Source of the DNA: Heteronotia binoei
Taxonomy: Eukaryota
DNA: 64,000 nucleotides
Assembly: GCF_032191835.1 (NCBI RefSeq)
Contig: NC_083223.1
Location: forward strand, 114,452,001-114,516,000
Reading direction: 5' to 3'
Shown piece after piece: positions 11,911 to 22,664 of the stretch; position 1 is the first letter of the stretch; the number at the start of each line of letters is the position of its first letter. The notes beneath the pieces are model-generated. The model made no database searches. It was not told the DNA's origin and saw nothing but the letters and a program-made list of their open reading frames with translations. A program made the translations under genes and the position numbers.

Positions 11911-12026
11911 CTGCAGCCATAACTTGTTATTCACAGCATCCCTCCCTGTAGCAATGCACTGAAATGTAGCATTCTGGCCTGCATTGACCTCCACATCCCC
12001 AAGCCTCAAGAAATGAGGAGATTTAT
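11911..12026 (-). CDS. PTPRK: PTPRK coding exon, 116 bp, first half of Ig domain (equivalent to human exon 5)
   Basis: Minus strand reads ...ctctcccacacag|ATAAATCTCCTCAT...TGGCTGCAG|gtaagg. It translates (D)[38 protein letters not shown], and its phase matches the 82-bp exon. Confidence 0.95.
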
Positions 12027-12654
12027 CTGTGTGGGAGAGGGAGAAATGTTACAAGAAATGATTGCAGACAGTCCAAATATTTCTTTCACAAGATATCAAT
12101 TATTGCAACCTTTCAGTAAAATTAATTTTTACATGAATGAAAATACTTCTTTCAACCCATTTTGATCTTTCCTTTCTTTCTATGCAAACTGTGCTAAAGC
12201 TTGTCATGTAAACTGAAAAAAAAAAATAATAATAAGCCAAAGCATATATAAAACACAGGAAGGTCTAAACACTCAGTGACCTGTCATTACATTCTAGCCA
12301 GTGCAGCCACAGCATAAATATAGTCAGATTTAATTAGCTGTATATAGCACTATCCAGTATAAATGAGAAGGCCCTGTCAGTAAATATTGCCTGTACCACA
12401 AAATACAGAAACATTAAACACACTGACAAACTTCTTTCATATTACTGCAGTGCCTCAAGGAAAGCACAGCGAGAAAGCTGTCCATGTTAAATTTTAGGGT
12501 TTGAGAAAGATGATGGGAACATCATGCTATGCAGTGCTCAAACATTACCTGGAAATAAAATAATTATCAAAGGAAACTATAATTCATGCTTCACAGAACT
12601 AGAGCAAAGGTATCTAAGCAGTACCCAACCCCTCCTTAATATTGAACTAAATAC

Positions 12655-13320
12655 TCACAGGTGCAGTGCCAGTGCTGGGGGTTCTGCTGCCCCAGGCAGA
12701 GCCTTGCCCCCAACTTCCAGTGTGGTGGGGGGGAGGCACAGCAGTGGGCTGCTCGGAGCTTGGCTCCAAGCCAGTTTGCTGGCATTGCCACCCCCAAACC
12801 TTGCTCAGCCTTCCCAGGTACCGGGAGGGCTGAGCACAGTCGTGGCTGCAGCGGATGCACCTGGAGCATGGCCCTGAGTGTGCCCGATGCCATGCCACCC
12901 CTCAACCTTGCCCAGCCTTCCCCAGAGCAGCAGCAGCAGGCATGTATAGAGCCAGGCTCTGAGCATGCTCACTGTCACCCTGATCTTGCTCAGCCTTCCT
13001 GGGTCTCAGGAAAACTGAGCAGGTTCAGGGCACCAATGAGCATGCTCTGAGCCAGGCTTTGAGCACGTCCACTCCTGAGGGGCCCCGTCAACCCGACTCA
13101 GCCTTCACTGGCCTGGGAGGACTGGGTGGGGGTGTGGCTGCCTTTGTGTTCCCTGGGTCTGTGCTACAGACCCAGGGAAAGTGAAAGCAGCTCAGTGGTG
13201 CCTGTGCACTGCAGTCAGGTCTGAAGAGCATGCTGCACAGGCGCCACCCACTTTTGCATTCTCCGGGTCTATACAGGGAAAGTAGCCCGATGTCATGTGC
13301 GCTGCATGGAACCTGCTTTC
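12655..13320. repeat. GC-rich degenerate repeat with ~95-105 bp period
   Basis: The motif ccc.aaccttgc(t/c)cagccttccc recurs near 12792, 12898, 12977 and 13085. Probably TE-derived; family not identified. Confidence 0.5.
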
Positions 13321-13329
13321 TGTTGGAGA

Positions 13330-14090
13330 AAGCAAGCTTCTTTCAAGAACTAAATAAGATGATTTCGGCATATATTTGGCAGAAGAAAAAAACCAAAGAT
13401 TAAACTTAAAGTATTACAGGACTGTAAAAAAAGAGCAGGTCTAGGCCTGCCAGACTGGCAGTGGTACTGCAGGGCTTCAGTGTTGACCTGGTTGAGAGAC
13501 TGGGCTTTGTTACAAGATAGAAGACAACTCCTTCTGGAGTGGCATGAACTTACTCAAGGCTGGCATGCATATCTGTGGTACCAAAGACTAGAAGGACACT
13601 CTTATTTTAAAAACCACTGGTTAAGGAAATCTCTTTACCACACATGGGCGTGGCTAAAACTGAAGATTTATAAAAGTGTCTCCTGTTGAAGCTTTTACAC
13701 CTCCAAATGTTACGAAAACAGATCAATGTTACAAATATGAGGACTTATTGCAACAAGATAATCAACTAAAAACTAAGGAAGAATTAGAAAGTAAGAACAT
13801 TAATATGAGCTGGTGGCTTAGAACGCAAAAAGATAAGGCAATAGGGTTTAACAAAGATCAATACCCGTTTGACAAAATATTTTTAGACCCTCAAGAAAAA
13901 CTAATTTTAAAAATCTACTCTTATCTATTACAGATGAGGATGCAAGATGAGATTGTGAAGGATTGTATGGTACAATTGGTGAAGAATATAGGGTATAATA
14001 TTACGTTAGATGAATGGGAGACTCTATGGAACTCAAACATTAAACTAATTAAATCAATGTCTTTTAAAGAAAACATGAATTAAACTTGAA
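13330..14090 (+). mobile_element. L1/Tx1-clade ORF2 3' fragment
   Basis: Peptides GLGLPDWQWY..LTWLRDW, GWHAYLWY and KDCMVQLVKNIGYNITLDEWETLW parallel the ORF2 C-terminus of the L1 at 56014-61664. Confidence 0.8.
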
Positions 14091-14159
14091 TTAAAATTAA
14101 CATTATGGTGCTATGACTCAGATCTTCTATAAAATTCAGTGACTAAAACATATCCAGCG

Positions 14160-17100
14160 AAACTTTCTTGGCTCGGTATTAAGTGAAGGCTATTTTAAAG
14201 AGGGAGGTCTTGCAGGCCCTGCGGAATTGGTCTAGACATCGCAGGGCCCGCACCTCCTCAGGGAGTTGATTCCACAGTAGTGGAGCTGCAATGGAGAAGG
14301 CCCGGTCCCGAGTAGTCTTCAATCTGGCCTCCCTTGGCCCAGGGATATTCAGCTGGTTCTTTTCAGCTGACCTCAGCACTCTCTGGGGTTCATATGGGGA
14401 GAGACGGTCCCTCAAGTAGGCAAGTCCTTGGCCATATAGGGCTTTAAAGGTAATAACCAGCACTTTGTAATAAACTCGGTACAACACTGGCAGCCAGTGC
14501 AGTCCGCGCAGCCCCGGCCATATGTGCTCCCATCTTGGGAGTCCCAACAACAGCCTAGCCGCCATGTTCTGCACTAGCTGCAGCTGCTGGGTTCGGCACA
14601 AGGGCAGCCCCATGTAGAGGGCATTACAGTAGTCCAGTCTCGAGGTGACCGTTGCATGAGGAGAGACAGTCCCGGCGACCAAGGAAGGGGGCCAACTGCT
14701 TCACCCGTCGAAGGTGAAAAAATGCGGACTTGGCAGTGGCCGCTATCTGTGCCTCCATTGATAATGAAGGCTCCAGAAGAACCCCCAAGCTCTTGACCCT
14801 ATGGGCCGCTTTCAGCGGCACACCATCAAAAACCGGAAGGGGGATTTCCCTTCCCGGGGCACTGCGGCCCAAGCAAAGGACCTCTGTCTTCGTTGGATTC
14901 AACTTCAGCCCACTCAGCCTGAGCCAACCTGCCACGGCCTGCAATGCTAGGTCCAGGTTTTCCAGGACGCAGTCAGGCCGGCCGTCCATTAGTAGATAGA
15001 GCTGGGTGTCATCTGCATATTGCTGGCACCCAAGCCCAAACCTCTGAGCACTCTGGGCAAGGGGGCGCATGTAGATGTTAAATAACATTGGAGAGAGAAC
15101 TGCACCTTGTTGCACCCCACATACTAGTGAGTGTTTCCGGGACAGCTCTCCCCCAATTGCCACCCTTTGTCCCCATCCGCCAAGGAAGGAGGAAAGCCAC
15201 TGTAAGGCCGACCCCCTAATCCCTGCGTCGGCGAGCCGGCGGGCCAGTAGCCGATGGTCGACCATGTCGAACACAGCCGACAGGTCTAACAAGATCAGCA
15301 CCGCCACGCCGCCTCAAACCAGATGCCGCTGGAGGTCATCCACCAAGGCGACCAGCACTGTCTCCGTCCCATGACCCGGATGAAAGCAGGACTGGTGGGA
15401 ATCTAAGGTGGAAGTGTCATCCAGAAAACTCTGCAACTGTAACGCCACTGCCCTCTCAATAACTTTGCCTAAGAATGGTAAGTTCAAGACCGGTCAGTAA
15501 TTCGCCAATTCGGCCGGATCTGCTGTACTTTTTTTCAAGAGAGGGCGGACCATAGCCTCTTTCAAGGATGTTGGAAATTGCCCTTCCAAGAGGGATCTAT
15601 TTATGATATCCCGTACAGGATATCTAAGCTCCCTCTGGCAAGATTTAATTAGCCAGGAGGGGCATGGGTCAAGATCGCAAGTTGTAGGGCGCACAGTAGA
15701 GAGAATTCTGTCGACTTCCCCCAGGCTGTGCGTCGAAGTGGTCCAAGACAAAATCAGAAGACAGGCACGAAGCCTCGAGTTCTTGTACTGTATCCAACGT
15801 GGCGGGAAAGTCCTGGCAGAACGATGAGATTTTGTCTGCAAAAAATGTCGCAAAAGCCTCACAGCCTATTTCTAATTCTCTCACATTTGGTCTGCCTTGA
15901 GGCAGAGTGGTCAAATTCTCAATTATCTTAAATAATTGTGCCGGGCGCGAATTTGCAGACGCAATCCTGGCCGCAAAGTAATCTTTCTTTGTGGCCTCGA
16001 CTGCCATCTCATAAGACTTCATAAACGTTCTGTAGGATGTTCTCGTCGCTTCGTTACGAGTATGCCACCACCGCCTCTCTAGTCGTCTGAGTCCCTGTTT
16101 CAGCTGCCATAGCTCCGAGGTGTACCATGGAGCCAGCCTATTACGGGGACGCAGAGGACGCCGGGGTGCGATCTCATTGATGGCCCTGGATAGCCTGTTG
16201 TGCCAAGCCTCTACCAGGTCATCAAGGGAATCGCTAGGGGGACAGGGGTCCCGCAGAGCCATTTGGAACCGCTCAGGGTCCATCAGACTCAGCGGATGAG
16301 CCAAAATAGGCTCGCTGCCCATACAGGGTTGGGGCGGCGCACCCACACGAGCCTTGAGGGCTAGGTGATCCGACCATGGCACCGCTTCTACAGCAATGTC
16401 GTCCACCAAAATCCTGGACCCAAAGATCAAGTCTAACATGTGCCCGGCTTGATGCGTGGGAGTGGTAATAAATTGGGAGAGTCCCAGTGTCACTATGGAA
16501 GACACTAGGTCCATCGCCTGATTGGAGGCCATATCATCCGCATGGACATTGAAATCACCCAAGACCATAAGCCTTGGGAACTCCAACACGCAGCTTGCCA
16601 CAGCCTCCATCAGGGATGGTAAGGCGTTGGCCGGTGCGTTAGGCGGACGGTACACCAGCCAAATCGCCAATTCCTCCCCCACATCCCACGCCAAACCGGC
16701 ACATTCCAAACCATCGATCGTTGGGGCCGGGAGAGCCCTGAAGGAGTAATCCTCCCGTATGAATAGCACCACCCCTCCCCCCCGCCCGTTTGTCCGTGAT
16801 TGGTGAAAGACTGAATAACCCGGGGGTGTCATCTGGGAGAGAGCCACCGTCTCCCCATCTTGCACCCAGGTCTCGGTCACGCAAGCCAGGTCCATATCCT
16901 GCTTAAGCAGGAATTCCCTAAGGATTGAGGTCTTATTGTTTATGGACCTGGCGTTACATAACACCAATGACGGAGACGGGCTATTCCTCTTAGCCCCACT
17001 ACCTGTCATTGTCGGGATGGGACACAGGCTGGAAGGGGGCCGAGCACTGCTTTGTCTCCGCCTCCTTCCCTTATCATTCCGTCTGCTCCCACCGTCATAC

Positions 17101-17300
17101 CTTCCCCTCCCCATGAGCACTGGGATCCCTAGGTCAGACATCCCACCTGTGCCCGGTATGTCCTCCACTAATACTGAGTTGTCTTCTCTTCTCCCCCCAC
17201 CTATATTATCCTAATCTTAACCTCCCTCCCCTTCTTCTACTTCATCCCTGAAATTGCCGGTAGTTAATTAATTTAAAACCCCCCAACCCTAAACCTCCTC
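14160..17300 (-). mobile_element. L2 LINE with nearly complete ORF2 (AP endonuclease + RT), frameshifted
   Basis: APE motifs LCNARSINNK, VTETW, VYRPP, GDFNVH and SDH (15669-17168). RT motifs LLDLSAVFDMVDH, QGAVLSPMLFNIY and QYADDTQLY (14624-15307). C-terminal SRLDYCNAL (14179-14682). Confidence 0.92.
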
Positions 17301-17779
17301 CAATTGATTAGCTAACTTTAAAACATCGATAGCACATTAGCACATTTTCTGAACAGATGTTTTCTTTTTTACTTTTCTATACCCACCTTCCCTTTCCCCT
17401 TTCTTATTTGAAAATAAAAATCCTAAATCTGAAAGGATAGATAAGAGGAGTACCCCACTAGCTATACTAATCAATTCATCAAAACAAGAAAGGTAGAGTT
17501 GTTGGATCATAAAAAGACTGCATTCATTTATTCCACAGTTAGCAAAATAAAATTTTGAGGCTCATTCCCCAGCCTATTACCTGTCCGTCCTCTGGTTACA
17601 GAAGGTTTTTAAGTGAAAGACTGTTATAAATCTTCAAGCACACCTGAATAAAAATGTCTGGGCCAGTACTGCCAAACTGGCTTTAGACGACCCTCAACTT
17701 GTTTCTTTGGTGAACTTATTCCCCTACCAAATGAAATGGGCAACTGCACTTTTTTGATTTCATTAGGTGTTTCTTTGGC

Positions 17780-17930
17780 CATTGATCAAGAGACATCAGT
17801 AGGGCTTGGATGATGTCCGTGAAACCTTGTTCTACATAATTCAGGTCTTGGACCTGTCTAACTGTCCCCCCTTTTTTTGACCAGAAAGTATCTGGAGTAG
17901 ATCCCCAAGTGGTGATCTTTTGCCTGCACT
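17780..17930 (-). mobile_element. Possible ancient DIRS RT fragment
   Basis: Minus strand near 17850-17905 reads GIYSRYFLVKKRGTVRQVQDLN, resembling the DIRS RT N-terminal motif. Short and degenerate. Confidence 0.35.
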
Positions 17931-18354
17931 GTCACAATTTTTTTTTTTTGCAGAGGGTGTCAAACTCTGTGAGAAATTATGTTGACTGATGTGTCTGGTG
18001 TGGGCTGTAGTTGTCAAAAGCCCTGCCTTGTAGGTGGGTCAAGCTGGGGTCAAGGTGGTTTAGATCTATGTTAATATTCTGATAGCCATATTCCTTTTAG
18101 ATTTGAGAGAATGCAGATTCTTAAATGTCCTGAATCTGAGGGATGAGATAGGCTAGGATCAGTAAATATCTAGAGATCCTTATGTTCCTGTTCCAACACA
18201 ATATAAAACACACACACACACACAGAAAGATAAAGGCCGGGGAGGGGGGGCATAAAAAGACATCAATGGTCAGATGATAAAACAGCAGTCAGACAATAAT
18301 ATCGAGCCAGTCCTGAAAAGACAGGAAAAAATGTGACTCTTAATCAGTACTCAC

Positions 18355-18436
18355 CACAAGGGTAACTCAGAACTTGGATGTCATCAATGGCAATGTAGCC
18401 ATTTCTCCCATCTGAGACTTCAGCCTCAAATATTAC
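18355..18436 (-). CDS. PTPRK: PTPRK coding exon, 82 bp, end of MAM domain (equivalent to human exon 4)
   Basis: Minus strand reads ...cttgacag|GTAATATTTGAGGCTGAAGTC...TACCCTTGTG|gtgagt. It translates VIFEAEVSDGRNGYIAIDDIQVLSYPC+1 nt, with a canonical AG acceptor and GT donor. Exon number is from memory of the human gene. Confidence 0.93.
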
Positions 18437-20455
18437 CTGTCAAGAGGAAAGAAAAAAAATGTTTACAACACTCAGTGAAACAGAATTCCCATCAGTGGAG
18501 TGCAGATACAACATGACATTTTTTCCATAAAAGCTGAATTTTCAGCTAGATTTCAAAATGTCTACAGTTCTCTATTTATGCAAAGATCAGGACTTAATTA
18601 ATGCTATTCTATTTTTTTATGTGCTCTCCTCTTTCAGCCATTATATACAGTTCTTCCCCCTGCCCCCCGTTTGTTTAGAGGAAATAGGGAGCAGGGGGAA
18701 ATGCTATTATGTTCAAATGGTCCAGATTCTTCCAGATAAAGAATAGCAACAATTTTTTAGTTTCATGTTCCTTTCTTATGTACCCCATATTTCATATGAG
18801 ATAGAGAGATGGGCTCTAGTCCACAACAATTTATGTCACAATAAATCTGCTAGTCTTTAACATGCCAAAAAACTCCTTATTGCTTTGCAACAATTTATCA
18901 GTGATACATGATATTGTTCAAGTTACATGAACCCCACATCTTCAGCCTCAGCAATTCAGCTAAACACTATCAGTAAAACTGAAAATGAAAGATTAATTTT
19001 CTTGTGGGTATCTTCCTTCTCTGTTTCTGTTAAGCGAGAGATTATAAAACATCTCGCAGTCACAAGAAATACCAAGTGTATGTTGACATATGCTTCTATC
19101 CCTTGAACAAATAAGACTACCACTAAACAGGAATTATAAGCAAACAACCACAACAGCAGAATAATCATTTCCTACTAATAAATGAAGCTGAGCATTAACT
19201 GGATTGTAAGGCCTAGGTCATAGATTAGCACCTTCCAGCATGTATGCCAAACAATCTCACACGAGGTCATTTAATTTAGAGTACAGGTTAGTAAGGGATT
19301 AAGGTAAGGCCCAATGTGCAGCTAGTGCCACTGGGACTCAGCTTGATACTAATGTATTCAGCCTACGAAGAAGGAGCTAATTGGGAGATCTCCAGGTCCC
19401 ACCTGGAGAATAGCAACTCTATGTCTACCGTCTCTTAGTTGGTGGAAAGTGATGTCAATTCTGCTTTCTGAAGCTGCCATTTTCTCTAAGGGAATGGATC
19501 TCTGTCATTTGGGAATTGGTTGCAATTCCAGGAGAAAACAGGCTTGCACTTATGTGTAACTGCTGTTCAAGTATCATCTGTGCAAGCACACATGGGAACT
19601 GTGCATGGGCAGGCCTGCCATCAGAGAAGTTCTGACAGCTAAAAGCATCCAAGGGGTGCTATATGCCAGAGTTAAAGTCTTAGTTCTCTCCCAGGGACTA
19701 CACTCCCATGCCACAGGGCCCTTCACCCTCAGTATGTCTAGTGCCACCGAAGGAAGAGCATGAAGTGGGGCAGGAGGAAAGGCATGGGTGCCTGGGCAGA
19801 ACATATGCAATGAACAGTTACACGTAAGTGCAACCCTGTTTTCAGCAGTGATCTTCTGAACAGTCCCACATGGAGATTCTAGCAAGCTATACCACAATTG
19901 GTTGTGCGTTCACCTCATTTGACCGAAGCACCGCTTTCCCTTTTGAGTTTCTTGTCTCACTTGCAGATCTAAGGCATAATGACATATGAAAGTATCTACA
20001 GATGACCAAGTAGCAGCCTGACATATCTCTGTCAGAGACACGGCAGCAACCAAGGCTGCAGTGGAAGTCACAGCTCTAGTAGAATGTGCAAAAAGTCCTA
20101 TGAGATATGGTACATCCACTAAACTGATGGTCGAGACAATCCATCTGGACAATAACTGAGAAGAAGCCTTTTTGCCTATATTGGGACCCACAATACAAAC
20201 AGTGCTGTATTTTTGTGGAATTCCTTAATCCTTTTCGCATAAAACCATAAAGCTCTTCTAACATCCAATGAATGCGACAAATGTTCATTTTCTGAACTTG
20301 GTGTGGGGGAAAAAACCTGGTAAAATAACCTCTTGAGATAAATAAAACCTGGAAAACACTTTAGGTAAGAACCTGAGACTGAACCTAAGCATTACACTCT
20401 CAAGGAAAACCTTAGAAAACAAGGGATCCATCTGTAAGGCTCCCAGTTCACTAAC

Positions 20456-20706
20456 TGTAATGTACTCGGAGACGAGACGTGTTGAAGGCAATGTACTTTA
20501 TTAGTTGGTACATCACAAGAATGGCTGACACGGGCCGGGACCCGCTTAATATATGCTTCATCCCGGAACGGCTCCAATCCTGGCCAGTCAAACTTCCCGC
20601 CACTGATGGTGATTGGCGGAGAGCCTTCGCGCGCTTGGCCCGGCGACCTGGGACTTCCCCTGGTCGCCTGTGCCACGCGGTGCTTCATTCAGCACGATAC
20701 ACAACA
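20456..20706 (-). mobile_element. Solo LTR (251 bp), Gypsy/ERV-like
   Basis: Minus strand begins TGTTG and ends TTACA. Perfect 5-bp TSD CTAAC (20451-20455 and 20707-20711), minus-strand AATAAA near 20495, CpG-rich. Confidence 0.85.
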
Positions 20707-21954
20707 CTAACCCTCCTGGCAAACATAACTGTCACCAAAAAACAGACTTTCTCAGAAAGTAACTCTACTAGCATGTTGCAAGGAGTTTGAGAAGCTTGTG
20801 TGTAAGTTGGGTCAAAACCAGTGGGAGGGACTACTGAGGAATCAAGGGATCCTTGGGGGACAATGGTTACACAAACTTCTTCAAATCTTTTGGATAGGTA
20901 GTGAGTGAATACTGAATGCCCCTCTATCTTGGTATGATAACAAGAAATGACAGCAAGGTAGAACTTCATTGATGAAAAAGACACATTTTTATTCTTTAAA
21001 TATAAAATAGTATTCACATAACCCTGTAAGGGGACAGTATATGGAGACCCCACTTTCACTATAGCATTTTGAAAATCTCCATTATTAGAGATAGAATATC
21101 TTAGTATTGGGTTTTCATGAATTTAAAATAACATCATTAACCACCTGAGAGAATATTAAATCCCTGTCCAAAGCCTCCAGACAGTGAACCTGAGATGATC
21201 TGGGTCTTGGTGGATTACCTAGTCTATGCTGATCATATCTAGCTGTTTGGGGGAGGGGAATATATAATCCCCAAGAGACCTCCATCAGACCTAGAAACCA
21301 GATCTGGTGAAGCCAAAAAAGGGGCTATTAGGATTATGTCTGATTTCTCTCTCCTGGCCTTTCCTTTTACTGTGATAGAGGAAACAGAGGGAAAGCATAG
21401 AACAGAGTTGTCTCCCAATACAGTTGGAATGCATCCCCTAGAAAGCCTATGTCCTTCCCTGCTTGGGAGCAAATTCCTTCAGCTTTTGAATTGACTTGTG
21501 TTGCAAATAGATCGATCTCTAGGGTTCCCAAAGGCCAAAAATTGGTTCCAGGTACCCCCAGATCCAGGAACCATTGGTGTGAAAAAGTCCCAGTTCTGCT
21601 CAACATGTTCACCTCTACATTCATGCTTCCAGGAATGTGTATAGTCTGAATGGAGGCAAGCTTCAAAGCTGCTAGCCAGATTAGAAAGACCTCCTGGTAT
21701 AGATCTCTGGATCCTGTATCAGCCTGTTCGTCCACATGGTGACAGAATTGTTGGTCTGGAAGAAAAAAACTGATCCTGAAGGATATCTGAGAAGGAGCAA
21801 AGAGCATAACGAATGTTGTACAACTCTAATAAATGAATGCGGCACCATTTCTTGACCTCGTCCCACCTGACTTGTGCAGAGGATTGTCCACAATGAACCT
21901 CCCAACCTAGTAGTGAGGCATCTTTGGTAAGAACTACATCATGTTCTGGAGCCC

Positions 21955-22040
21955 CAAAGCATATTCCCCTACCTAAACCCAGCTTCCGCCGGGATCAAAC
22001 TCAGGTCATGAGCAGAGCTTGGACTGCAGTACTGCAACTT
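21955..22040 (-). mobile_element. Sauria SINE 5' head fragment
   Basis: gggatcaaactcaggtcatgagcagagcttggactgcagtactgca matches the head of the SINE at 42452-42737. Confidence 0.7.
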
Positions 22041-22409
22041 ATCACTCTGCACCACAAATGGTAGACTCTAAATTGGCCAGCTAGCTGAAGAATGATTTGT
22101 ATTCTATCAGAGGACAAAAAAGCCCTTTACCTGTTAGAATCCAACCTACCTTCTATAAAATGGGCTCTCTGAGACAGGATTAACTGAGATTTTCCCCAAT
22201 TAATCAAAAGTCCCAGCCTTTGGCAATTTTTCAAAATTAGGGGACACCATGTCAATAACTGGTCTTTGGATTCAGCAATCACCAAGGAGTTTTCAGATAA
22301 GGAAAAAAATATGGCAGCCTTATAGCTATAAATAAGTTACTACTGAAGCCATACATTTAGAAAATATTCTGGGTGCCATTGACAGGCTAAAAGGTAACAC
22401 CAAATGGAG

Positions 22410-22640
22410 GAGAAAGAGGAGGAGGGGATTGGATTTATACCCCGCCATTCACTCAGAGAGGCTTACAATCTCCTTCTCTCCTATGAGATAGGTGGGGCTG
22501 AGAGAGCTCTCAGAGAACTGCTCTTGAGAGAACAGCTCTGTGAGAACTGTGGCTGACCCAAGGTAACCCAATAGCTGCATGTTGAGGAGTCAAACCTGGT
22601 TTTCCCAGATTAGAGTCAGTGCATTTAACCACTACACTAA
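22410..22640 (-). mobile_element. tRNA-derived SINE with L2-like tail (Squam-like)
   Basis: The minus strand begins tagtgtagtggttaaatgcactgactctaatctggga (A-box-like head) and ends in a ggggtataaatcc tail with a (CT)-rich run. Confidence 0.5.
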
Positions 22641-22664
22641 AATGATTTCCACAGAAAAACAATA

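Noticed and set aside
12524-13050. Overlapping 83-129 aa ORFs on both strands
   Set aside because: GC-rich repeat with low stop density and no recognisable domain or splice context.
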